A stretch of DNA of 64,000 nucleotides, taken from Euprymna scolopes (lineage: Eukaryota). The notes beneath the pieces are model-generated. The model was given only the letters and a program-made list of their open reading frames with translations. It did no database searches and was not told the DNA's origin. Positions 26,710-39,973 of this stretch are shown here, in pieces. The translations under genes and the position numbers were made by a program. The number at the start of each line of letters is the position of its first letter. The first letter of the stretch is position 1. Where the stretch lies: NCBI GenBank assembly GCA_053919585.1, contig CM132790.1; one strand, written 5' to 3'.

Positions 26710-27470
26710 GTCCTTATTACTCGGAGGTTCGAAGAAACACTTTCCTTCTCCTCAGAGATTAGGAATTAGCAAATGCGGGATCGGATTTTGCATACAAAAT
26801 TATTCTATGACACTGCAAGTAAGTCAAAGATCTTACTTGATAACAAAATAGAAACAGAAGGAATATGGTGAAGAAAAGGGTTATTTCACGTGAATGGGTA
26901 GTCTGGTGATAGGTAAATTGTCCAATGACCGTAAAATCATAAAATGTAAATCCAAGAAAGTTAATTAAATATCGATTCGCACAAGTTTGATTCAAGAAAA
27001 TCACGTGATTGGTCCAAAATAATCCAAAAGACCGAACTCCATTGAAAAATTCACAAATATATACAAGGAAAATGTGAAAAATACCAATGATATTAATAAA
27101 AGAAAAATAAGATATGCGTTTGCCACGGCTGCCGAGACAAAATGTAATTAAGAAAAATCAGTGAACAAGAAGAGAAAAATCAGTGAAGAAGAAAATAATT
27201 AAATAATGATAGAATGTTATATAATATAGATAAGCAAAGGTCAAAATGACCCAGACAAAAATACGTTAAAATGCGCGAAAAATATAAGGAAAACAGTAGG
27301 TCAATTGAAATGTAAAGGCTATTACTTAAGAAAATGTCAGCAAGAGGTATTAAAAGACACTAAATTCAAATAAATAAATTAATTTATTAATAAATAAATA
27401 AAAAAATAAACAATAAATTTTACTGTACACTACAATCCAAACTTACCCCAGACAAAGACTATGTACTACA
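26710..27470. mobile_element. Possible decayed Penelope-like remnant
   Basis: Minus strand ~26756-26720 reads CTGAGGA GAAGGAA agtg TTTCTTC GAAC, a hammerhead-like core with a 7-bp stem II. Plus strand YNPNLP at ~27431 resembles a PLE linker motif. Confidence 0.3.
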
Positions 27471-27549
27471 TGAAAATGTTCATGTTTTTTCAAGAAACCT
27501 TAAAGGCTGTCTCATATTCAGTGACTGATTGCAGTTACTGAATATTAAA

Positions 27550-29750
27550 CACCGACTATCGATTGGCAGGCCAACGTATGTTCGTCAAATGATTCCTTGG
27601 CAACAAATTACTCGGCACTTCTGAGGAGTATCTACCAAAACCATCTTCAACCTTAAGATTACGACGCGCGCAACGACCATCTATATTTCCGCTACTGTTC
27701 CATGCAGTGATAAACGGTATCACGGATCCGAACCCAGTCTTAATTCACTTAAACTTAACATATGATGATCTGCCCTATAATGCAAACTTTCTGCTCCCCA
27801 CTCATGCAACGTGATCGCAAAAGAGGCGCTTATGCTTCAACTTGCTTTGATCATGTTAACCTGGCTGCTGGTGAAATAGATTGGCGCGCTTTCAGAAGGG
27901 TCCAGTCCGTTGGTACTTTGTCGCTTATTACAAAACTTGCCTGCTGTAGCTGCCAACATTGCAGTCCATATAAAACATTCGAAACCCAAGCCACCGTTTA
28001 CTCCAATGATCGTGCGAGTAGGAAATCTAAGAAAGACTGCCTGGGAAAGCTATCAACTCAATAAAACTAAAATATGCTTCAAGGCGTTACGAAAGCAAGA
28101 ACATCGCGTTGAGCATATGACTCGCGAAAACAGACACACCTTCGAAGGTCAGCTGTCGAAAGAGTCTGGAAGGAATTCTAAAAGATTTTATGCTTATTTG
28201 AAGCAAAATTACAAACTCATCAAAGACCTTGTGCCCTTTAAAATCTTTCATAGAGAACCAGTTGATCAACCGGTCAAGAAGGCGTCGCTTTTTGTCAATG
28301 CATTCGCAAAGATATTGACGCAAGACATTGACCGAGAATCACCGAAGTTGGCAATGCTAGTCAAGTCAATGCCGGATGTTGTTTGCTTTCCTGACAAGTT
28401 TGAATAATTATGATTGGACTTAAAAGTGAACAAAAGTCATGAACAAAATAAGATCCATGCGAGGATTCTACGTTCTGCTGCATCCGAACTATCCGCCCCT
28501 TTTTATAAACTATTTCACATGACGTTTGTTACAGGTGTTGTTTCTGGTGAGTAGAGTGTGGCTTTGATAAGACAAATCTTCAAAAATTGCAGCAAATTAA
28601 ACCCACTCCACAATAGACCAGTGAGGTTTACTTCTATAAGTATAAAATTAATCGAGACGCTGATAAACAGGAAATAAGTACCGATCTCGCGACACTCGCA
28701 GACATTTAAATCTCTCAGCATTGTTATATGCAAAATACCCTTCTCTTACGAATCTGCTGATAATGGAAGAGTGGGTGGCGAGGATAATGAACGAAAGTGA
28801 CACGGCGGGCATATTCTTTTTAGACTTTGCAATGAGCTTTTACTCTCTCAACCACCGTTTACTCGTGCAAAAACACCTATTGCGTATGTTCTCAAAGAAT
28901 ATGGCATCCACTGCTCTCGATTGTCGTTAGCAGTGAAGTTCCATATTGGTCAATTCTTGAACCAATTCTTCTCCTGATATTCATCAACACCATGTCCGAC
29001 AGCATTACTGGTTATGTGTTGCAGTTTGATGACGACGTCAAGCTGGTGGCCACCTTAAGGCAGCTCGATCTTCTTCGGTCTAAGTGTGCGTTTAAGTGGT
29101 CGGTTACCTGGGATCTTCACTTAACATCGACAAATCTTTGTACATTATAGTTGACAATCCATTCGTGTGGACACTTACTTTCGCGCTGCAGAACGCTCTC
29201 TGGCAGACGTTGAGTAGTCAGAGACCTCGGATTGCTGGTTTACTCCGCCACCAACGCATTGATTCACTGTATCTAGGCTGCAAAAAAGGCAAGGAGTACC
29301 CTTTTTATCATCAAAGGCTCCTTCGCCAACCTCACTACGGACATATTCCTGCTTTTGTATGTATAGCACGCCCGACCTGTGTTGACGTATGATTTCCAGG
29401 ATTCGTCCCTATACCAAGTTAGTGGGGCTTAGTATGTAGAGGGAGTGCACAGAGAATCGATTGGAGATTTCCGTAATCTTCCTTACGATAGCCGTCTGTG
29501 TCAGAAAGCCTTTTCTCGTTGAAGTGTCGAAGATTGAAATACAAACTAAATTTCGTATATACTCTCTTTATGGCCATTGTGACATTCCTTGGGATCGTCT
29601 CATTACATCGGCACCCGAACGTTGACTGCGAGGACACACTCTGAAACTGTTTCATCGCACATTTCGGCTAAAACAGCTCAACGCGAAAAGGTGTTCGGTC
29701 TCTATAGGTGGTTGGACAACAAACAGATATTTCCTCAGACTGATTTTTAT
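27550..29750 (+). mobile_element. Decayed CR1-type LINE (a different family from the others)
   Basis: Peptide remnants NSKRFYAYLK, PVRFTSI, LTNLL, FFLDFAMSFYSLNHRLL (RT motif) and QFDDDVKL (FADD-like). Many frameshifts and an internal deletion. Confidence 0.8.
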
Positions 29751-31652
29751 AGCTAAAAAGAAAACTGACGCTATAAGATACTTGTTTAACCTACCTTTGC
29801 AACTAAAGTAATGTTTTATTACAATGAGTGACCTAACGGTGACAACGAGGTTTCGTCTCGATTGATTGAAGATTTGATTTTGTTCGGGTTCCGAGTGCAA
29901 TTTTAGAAAAGTAAATACAGCAAACAAAAGGTATGATGAGATGTACAGAAAACAATTAAAAACTCATTCAAAAATACTTTTAATGCGTGTACGAATAGAA
30001 ATACAAGGCAATACGAAAACAATTTAAACGCGAGTTATATATTTAAAAATAATACGTCAAAGTAATTATAAAAATTCGGGTATGAAAATGTATTATACAG
30101 AAGAAGTATAAAACACATAGGAAAGTACGTAACATGATCTTAAAGAAGGAAATGCGTTAAAAGAAATACATCTTTTCAACAGAATTAAAACGATGTGCTA
30201 TCAAATGCATAAAAATTTAAAAGTAAATCGCAGCGTTTAAAAGAGTAAAATACGAAAACTAAATCGAAAATGAATATATCAGAAATATGGAAGAAGTTAA
30301 AAACTACTAGAAAGTACATTTTATAAACAATGTATAAACAATGTATAAACAGCGCATGAACGATTAAAAGTAATAGACAAAAAAAAGTAAAAGTATGAAC
30401 GCCTTGTTTTAAGTTAGAACTCAAAAGAAGATTTTAAAGGCAAGAAATACGTTAACATAAATTATGAAAGAAAACTTAAAAAATCAATAGTAAAAGATTT
30501 GTTTTAAATTTTAAAAGATCTGTTTAAAAATAATTGTTTACGAATAAAATACTTATTAAAAAGAAAATGAGTCCAAGAAAAGAATCAAAAAGTAAGGCGT
30601 AGACTTCAATTATAAAGAATATAGAAAATATACGATAATAATTAAAATACTAAAACCATTAAGAATAATTTAACAGAACATACGAAACAGAATTAGCGAA
30701 ATAAATAAAAAAAATATTTCTCTGGAATGTTGTCAAATCAGTGCAGCAAAGCCACTGGTACTGATAACATTCTAGGTAACAATAAAAATCTACTAGAACG
30801 TCGAATAATTTTCTATCAGACACAGCGGTGTAGGTAACAAAATTATGTTACAGAAATATTCAAAGCGGCTCTTAATTTATATGTTAGCAAAGCAGTCATG
30901 TTAAATATAAGTGAAAGCAGGTTTGCAATTTCTTATATCTTCTTATTTTGCAAACCATTTCTGATTATTTCGATCCGTCGATCTTTATTTTTACTGTCTT
31001 TTTTATTAACAACAATATTTTACTTAATTGTATCTCCTCTCTTAATCTGCCTTGCTGAAAATATGTAATCAAGGAACTTCACCTATATATTTTAATGCAG
31101 TATTGTATTCTCATATTCAATGATTCTTGACTGGGTAAAATAGAGGAGCACTATAACATTCTCGAATATGTGTTATTACGTGCATTACACGTTCTGTCAA
31201 AAGTATATCAAGAGAAACTACGTTAATAAAATAAATCGGCAAAAATGAGAAAGTACTACATCGTACTGCTAATTTGTTGATAGCCTTCCACATCCAGTTG
31301 GACAGTGAAATGCAACCCTCACATACCAACTAAATTACATGAATTGTAATAAAGGCAAATGTAACACCGCCTTACAACAGTTTAGAACAAAGTCAAACAT
31401 TATAAAACTATATGAAGAAAGTTCAACGCACAACTAAAAGCACAATTTATATCATGACATGACATGATTTTGATAATTACATATTTTGCTTTCAAGGAGG
31501 ATAATCTTATAGCCACAAAAATATATTACATTATAAATACTAATATAAATGTTGCGAATACATGTTCTAAGAATCCTAGAGGTGTTGGAGATTTTATATA
31601 TCCTTGTCATATTATGTAGGGCAACATGTAGTATCAGAGTTCAGTATTTTTC

Positions 31653-31692
31653 ATGCCTCCTTGACTTTTTGGCTAAAATTATATTGTAGTAA
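31653..31692 (+). pseudogene. Highly diverged U2 snRNA 5' fragment
   Basis: catgcctccttgactttttggctaaaattatattgtagta aligns without gaps to atcgcttctcggccttttggctaagatcaaagtgtagta. Confidence 0.45.
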
Positions 31693-32219
31693 TTTTAAGC
31701 GATATAGCGAAGTAATCATTTTTATAGACACCGTACATTATGGCTTATATTAAATGTAGAAATTTAAGATAGAAGTAACTGATGATCCCATCTAATATAA
31801 TAATAAATACGAAATGTGCACTAATCAAAATATTATGTGGTGGCGTATATTACGATCGGGCAATCCTGGGCGGCATATTAGTTAATCATGTATCTACCTT
31901 CACTTAAATTCCAAAATAAATACAGACATAACACAAGCAGACATTCATCAAGCATTAAATGGATACAAATCCAAGAATAGAAAAATGAAGTTATTTTTAC
32001 GGTATTGTATAAAATAGAATATAACTCAATATAAAATAAAATATATAAAAAATATACTGAGTTGACAGGAAAATGCTACCAATTTGTCTTAATATAGATC
32101 AATGTATAAAAATAATATTTTGGTCTAAATTTAGATATATCAAATGCAGTTTTATTATCTTGCAAATTCTAAATGGAAACGAAACATTTTAACATTAATT
32201 GGGGACGATTTTTCGTGTA

Positions 32220-34505
32220 GTAGAGATATATTGCACCGTAATAATTTTCTCTACCGCACTCCCTCGACCCAGGACTGTACTCTAATAAACAAAGTCTCTG
32301 AGAGCATAGATACATCACTTTCCCTCGAGACTTGCGCAGAAGTGCATGTATTTGCAAAAGTCAATGCCCACCGCAACAACTGGCTCCGATTTTCTACTGA
32401 CACAGACGCAGTTTGTAGCACAACACATACTTTCTCTATGAATAATTCCCTATCACAGATGGTTACGTTTCCAACCCGTTTCCTTGACCTGCAAGAACAA
32501 CACGTATCACTTTTAGATCTGTTACCGACCACAGTACCTGATGATTGTGTTACGAACGCCAACACGCCCCTTTGGAATGCTGACAATGTAGTGATAATAG
32601 TTGAAATCGCCCTAAACTCTAGAGCCAAAACGGAAGAGGCATTACTAAAACCAAAGAGATATTATAAAAAGGCTGACTGGGAAGCCATCAGGGATCTCAT
32701 CAGAGACGCCCCATGGCTAAGTACCTTTTCACTTCCTGATGCACAGTGCGCGAATGAGGCCACTGAATGGTTCAAAACAGCAATTGGAGCACATGTTCCG
32801 ACGCGGAATTTTTATAGCAAGCCCCAGTCTCATCAATGGTTTACTTGCATATGTGCAGCTGCCATCGCGCAAAGGCAGCATGCGTACTGCAGATTTAAGC
32901 GACATAAATCCTGTTCAAACAATCAGAAGTATATAGAAGCCAGAAGTAACTGTAAAAAAATATATCGCGACAGCTAAGAAAGAATTTACTGAAATCACGA
33001 AAAAACGCACCGGAGCACAGGAATTAGGGACCCGCGACTTCTGGAATTCTACAACAGTGTAGTAAATAAAGGGCAATCAAAAATCCCATACTATCAAACA
33101 ATCATGAGGTTGTTTGCTCAGTAAACGAGAAGGCTAACATGCTTGCCAGTCGGTTTGCCTCTAACTCCACACTGTACCCTGCAAACTACCCTTTCCTGAA
33201 CTTTCCTCTACGGACAGACGCCACAGTAGACGATCTGACCCCCCCCTGGTAAGGTGCAGGTTATCATAAAAATCCTGACAATTCAAAAGCATGTGGATCT
33301 AATCTCATCCCGGCTCTGCTATTAAAAAAAGTGCTCCACCGTAGTAGCTCCAATCCTCTCCAAACTTTACAACAAATGACTTAATGCAGCTTGCTTTCCT
33401 GCCTGTTGAAAAACTGCTTCTGTGGTACCAGTTTTCAAGTATTCTGGGGAAAGAACTGACCCAGTAAATTACTTTCCCATTAGCCTCCTCCCACGTTTGC
33501 CAAAATATTTGAATCCATAATAAACCAAGCTCTAGTCCATCACCTTACAGATGCCCCAGGAGTCTATTCTAGGACCTCTATTATTCGTAATATTCATAAA
33601 TGATCTCTCTGACAAAATTGTCTCTGAAATTGTTATATATGCTGATGACACAACGCTCTATAACAGACACGGCAGGAAAACAAATGAACACATATCTAAA
33701 AAAAATGGCAGAAACACTAGAGGATGGCCTCCAATCTGTAGTGGAATGGAGACAAAAATAGATGGTCACATCCAATGCTGCCAAGACTAAACTCGTTTCC
33801 TTAAATAACTACAAGAAACCTTCTATACCACCAATAGAAATGACCAAAGACTTTATCGGAAAGCACAACTTTATAAACTCCTATGCCTAACGTTCACATG
33901 AAACATGAGTTGGAGCAATTACATTGAGAGTATTGCCAGGACCGCTGCGAAGAACGTAGGTTCTCTCTACCATGTTAGAAAGCTACTAACGCCCGAAGGT
34001 ATCCTGTACCTCTATAAGTTCACCGTTCGCCCATGTATGGAGTATTGTTGTCATATGTGGACCGATGCATCTGCTACTTGATTCTCACTCCGAGACAAGG
34101 TTCAAAAAAGAGTCGCCAACCTGATAGGTCCTGAACTGTCATCCGAGCTTCAGCCTCTGTCTCATCTACATGCACTTTAACGGTGAATGTTCTGACAAGC
34201 ACTTGTACCCCCTCTACTTATATACGCCCGACAAACTCAACAAGCAGTAAAATCTTACTTCTTCACAGTAGAGATCCCTAGATGTAAGAGAAGCTTCTGG
34301 TCCAATATTTTCTGGAATAGATTTTTAAATTCCCTTCCGGGTTCCTGCTTCGCCACGTGTACTGAGATGCAGAAGTTCAAGTGTAACGTAACCGACGTCT
34401 TGCTGTCCAACTACACACATAGTACCCCTGTATCTTGAGTCCTAAATAGTAGCCCCCTTCATCAAAGTGGCAATGTTCCTTGTTTGGAGTGAAAATGTAA
34501 AAAAC
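32220..34505 (+). mobile_element. CR1-group LINE (APE C-terminal half + RT) with an internal RT deletion
   Basis: APE motifs FLYRTPS, VNAH..WL, QMVTFPTR, SLLDL, YKKADW; RT motifs VVPVFK, NYFPISLL, PQESILGPLLF, YADD. The sequence jumps from LVHHL (~33545) straight to PQ(G)S (33554). A-rich tail at ~34500. Confidence 0.92.
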
Positions 34506-35267
34506 AAACAAACATTAGGATACTCTACGAATGAAGAAGCTATTTTTATTTGACCTTATATAAACGCTTTTTTTTAGATACGAATGATACTGTCAAATAA
34601 TATACCTTCTTAAGGGAAAGCAGCCGGTCCTTTCTAAAAAAATACTTTCAAGAGTAGCATTCGACCCCTTTTAATTATGTATTTATTTTTGTTTGTTTAA
34701 AGAAGGACAAATATACAGTTAGTGGATTTATTTTTAAAATCCTCCCTAAAAGATACCATTAAAATAAATCCACATAATTTCGGCATTTACAATTTTGTTT
34801 TAATTGCTTAATACTAAATATATGGATGATTAGTTCAGCACGGGTCGAAAAATGCAGGAGTGTTTTGTAACATTAATACACATGTTATGTTCAACATAAT
34901 ATTTTATAAAATTAAAGCGATAAAACATCAACTTAATGAGATCAGTCACCATTAGAATGGTTTATACCCTAGGAAGCTATAAAGTGATCTAATTTTAACC
35001 ATCGTGCTAATAAGCTGTAATTATATCTAATAAAAGATGATAATCTTAACATTTCCACACATACGCAAATACGATATATTATAACAACCCCATATTTGGG
35101 GGTTTAAGACGACATATTTTTTATATCTATTTTTTCTGTTAGATATAATTTGTCCGAGATTGCTAATTCTGATAATATACATTAATTGGTTGTTGGTTAA
35201 TATTTGTAGAATATTAAGTAGATAAATACACAAACAAGCAAACACACAACCATACATATGTTTTGAT

Positions 35268-35269
<2 letters not shown>

Positions 35270-35345
<76 letters not shown>

Positions 35346-35482
35346 ATATTTTTGAATCCTTTTTAAATACATATGTCTCTGATGTATACTTAACAGTAGC
35401 TCAAGATAAGTGTGTGCATATATATCTATATATAGATTTGTATTCATACCCCACTTTCTTATGCTCTAACAAACTAACTATG

Positions 35483-35538
<56 letters not shown>

Positions 35539-35678
35539 TACGCTATATGCATTTATCGCAATATGCATATATACGCAATATATATATAGATATATATATA
35601 TACATATATATACGCAATATATAGGATATATATAAGCAATATATTAGTAATATATATATATATGTATATATAAATATA

Positions 35679-35730
<52 letters not shown>
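35270..35730. repeat. Compound (TA)n-rich low-complexity region
   Basis: Several TA tracts (35270-35345, 35480-35540, 35650-35730). Confidence 0.9.
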
Positions 35731-35732
<2 letters not shown>

Positions 35733-37746
35733 CAATTACTTACGCAAGTTAATATATTTCATTGTGTGTTCTCTGTCTATATTTTTAGTTATTCGAAGAT
35801 AATAGCATCATGTAATTTCCCGCCAACGTCCATCGAAATAAAAACATCAATTTTTCAATTGACTGCGTCGTGCTTCATTTTCCGAAGCGTACCGAGAAAG
35901 ATAATCATCTGTTCGATTCCCAGCCTTTATCTCGGCAAAACACTGAACACAAAGGAAACTACACAAAAACATATACTTGTATTTAATAAGATGAAAAAAA
36001 TGAAAACAGGACAAAGATATAAGTAACGAACCTGAAAGTATACACACAAATTGCAAACTTAAAAATATACATAACTACAAAGAATGATTGAATGTCCATC
36101 ATTTTTACATATCTTCATAAGTTTAGGAACCAATTTGTAAGCTTAGATCACCGCGTCACTGTCGTATTCGTTTGCTTTAGAATATTTATTTCACTAAAAC
36201 AGACTGATCACACTTTCTATGTAAAAACAACTAATAACATGACTATTTTCCTTTTGCCTCGATTTACTTTATTCAAATTAAGGCTATTATTTTTATTTCC
36301 TAAATGATATTACAACGTGTTCCACTTTTTCACATAATCCTAATACAAATTCATTGTGCAATAATGGTTAGTAAAGATGAGTGCTACCATTGATAATTTA
36401 GAAAACATTATTAGTCCGAAATAATAAATGATGCGATTTTTCAAAAACATCCCTATTTTTGGCATCTATTTAAAAAAAGAACTGTCTCTTACATTAAATA
36501 GTAATTGTAACAACATTATGCCATATTTTTAAACTTGATCAAAATTTTGTTTCGCATTTTTTCTATTGAAATCCCTGTTTATATAAAGTACTCTATAGAT
36601 AATTATCGAAACGTAGCGCCATGATAATATATAAATTATTATTATTGAGTCTAATTTTAATATATTCATGAGTGTTGATAAATTATAATTGAAACTATTG
36701 TTCCTATTAAGTACATATAACATAAAAGTGTGTGCGTATTCTAGCGGCTACACATACGTGACACTGTTCGGGATTTGATAATATAAATATGTCTGCTTTA
36801 TTATAGTGTAAAAATTTTATGTAGCACATCTGATTAACACGGTTATTAAGCTAATATACAACATGTTGAATTGTTTAAGAGTTAGCTTGCAGAATGTGAG
36901 AACATAATTTGGAAATAAAAAAGAAAAACAGCTTTAATGGTTTTTAAACTAAAAAATCAACAGTATCCACATTCACTAAATTATCTGGTTTAATCTTAGT
37001 TGATATCGTAAGTAGTTGTTATATTAAATGTACAGAACGAAAGGAATATAGAATATTCAGTGGAATTAGGATAAACGCACATAATATCAATTTTCTCTTT
37101 CGAAACTAACAAAATGTACAATGAATATATAGAGTGTTGCTTAACTTGGACAAGGTTAAGTGATGTTAACTATGCAATGTAATAGTCATTTACTAACTTC
37201 AAGTTAATAAAATTTACACTAGTCACTAATATGATAACAGTAAAATGAAAATATAACGAATCTCAAAATATCACGAGTATGCATTTAGCATTATCCTTTA
37301 TTTATTTAATGTTGATGTTATTTTTATGTGAGAAATCTTTGAATAGAAAATTTGTGTGTCAATTTCGTCTGCTTACTAATACTGAAATTGTATTTCTGAT
37401 TGTGTATAAGCAATATATAAACTATAGATAGCATTATAATACAGCATGTTCCTAATTATTGAATATCGGAGTGTTTAAATTTGTTTGTTACCAGCAAGAT
37501 GTTGAATGAGTGAATCTAACTCGCTGCATGTCTACTATGGTATATATTTGGAATGAAATAATATATGAAAATGTACATATATCATTTATTTTTATTTAAA
37601 TGTGTAATTTAATTAATTGGTTAATTAATTACGTTATCATATTAAGCGAAAAACGCTTAAAACATTATTGTTCAACATTTCAATCAACCAGTAATATTAC
37701 CAGCACTACTACGACTACTACAAAAGTATTGCTGCTCATACCCAGC

Positions 37747-37748
<2 letters not shown>

Positions 37749-37822
<74 letters not shown>

Positions 37823-38343
37823 CGAATGATTAAACAGAAGAAAGAGAATGTAGATTTATACTGCAGTCTGTACACCGTGTCGAATATGATGAATTGCACT
37901 GATTGGTGTTTGTAATTACCAGTGCTAAAAGCACACATTGTGCCGGGTTCATTAAGTTATTCATGAAATCGACCTAACATATATTTGGGAAATTATCAAT
38001 GAGCATAGACTATATGTCCTTGGGAATAGAAACACGCACAGATAATGAAACTTCGCCCTGAAAAAAAAGCAAGATGACTAATTGCTGCAAAATGCACAAG
38101 TAATATGCGTTATAGATATTACCAATGTTAAAACACACTACTGATACTTCATCAATCTATACAAATAAGTATATATGTCGGAATCTGTACCACTTTCCCT
38201 ATGTGATGGTAAGTAACATTACATGTGAAGTAAACCAATGTATTGCATTAACACAGCGAATTACTTAAAAAAAAAAAATTGTAAATGGTTGCTAAAACTA
38301 TAAACATGAGAAATATACATTAAATAGAGAAACACACACACAC

Positions 38344-38393
<50 letters not shown>

Positions 38394-39151
38394 TAAAACT
38401 GAAATAACTTTGTAACCGGTGCTATAACCCAACAACTGGTGTACGACTCCCAGTTGCGCAGGTATATATAATCAACGCGATGATAATACGTATTGTTTTA
38501 CTAACGTTTTATCGTCATCATCCCAATTTTTATTTTGTTGTTTTTTTCACGTTCAAATTATCCAAATAAACAATTGTTAATACTTTCTGCATTTTTATAT
38601 CGTTCATTTCCGTATTACCTTTTAGATATTTTAACGCGAGTTTCTTACAAGTAAATCTATTTTAACCCGTTGGCAATCATAAGATCATTTCACAACGGTT
38701 ATTTACCCACTACCTTTCTTTTTTAAATTTATTCTCCATTTTTTAATATACCTTCCTAAAAAAAAAAAACATTCATGAATTTTCTTCTAAACTACCAACA
38801 AAAATGAATAATCCAGAAAATATGTGTGTGTGTTTTTTTTTTAAATTTGCGTTACAAATAAATAATTGACGCGGCAATAACACGTATCGTTTTACTGCGT
38901 ACGTGTTAAGGGTCCGAATTGGTTCTTTTTTGCGTTTAAATTAAAAGATATATCAAAGTTTCAATTTAACTTCAAGTATTATGGTATCTGTTCAGTGCAC
39001 ATTTAGCTATAAATATGGCAAACCACTTTCAATACCTGGAAGTGTTTTTTTTCTTTTCAAAAATAAACAATTATAAACTGAACGAGTCATAGAACTCTGC
39101 CTATATTCCTTTGTCATTTCAATAATATACTGGCCCAACGGGTCACGGGTA

Positions 39152-39199
<48 letters not shown>

Positions 39200-39202
39200 T
39201 TG

Positions 39203-39234
<32 letters not shown>

Positions 39235-39383
39235 TACAGACAACTACTTAATTTACTCACATAAAGTTATTATACGAAAGTCCCGATTTATGCGTAAACT
39301 TTAAGTATTTACTTCAAATGTGCTCAATACGTAGGTAGAGCTAGTTAGTAAGTTATAAAATCGCCGTATACGTGTTATAACTT

Positions 39384-39457
<74 letters not shown>

Positions 39458-39899
39458 TGTGTGTGCAAGCATGTGGGTGTACACAAGTATTTAATCGTTA
39501 TAAACTTTATACTAAATTATTGCTCGCGACGTTACTACTAAAATTATTCGACTACTAAAATGTTTATACTACTCTGTGTNNNNNNNNNNNNNNNNNNNNN
39601 NNNNNNNNNNNNNNNNNNNNNNNNNNNNNNNNNNNNNNNNNNNNNNNNNNNNNNNNNNNNNNNNNNNNNNNNNNNNNNNNNNNNNNNNNNNNNNNNNNNN
39701 NNNNNNNNNNNNNNNNNNNNNNNNNNAAAGAAAGAGAGAGTGGGGGTGTATGTGTTATGTACAGAACGAAACAATGGTTTAGCTTTAATATATGAAGATA
39801 AATAAAAACAAAAGCAAATCAGTATAATTATATTTATTTATCTGCCCATTCAATAGAAAATAATATCAAGTAGACAGTGTGTCGTAACTGTTAGTTATA

Positions 39900-39971
<72 letters not shown>
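37749..39971. repeat. Cluster of (TA)n microsatellites (37749-37820, 38347-38389, 39153-39232, 39389-39453, 39902-39971)
   Basis: Direct reading. Confidence 0.9.

Positions 39972-39973
<2 letters not shown>

Noticed and set aside
35800-35960. Possible short minus-strand exon (FLCVQCFAEIK...)
   Set aside because: No homology recognised and no partner exons.
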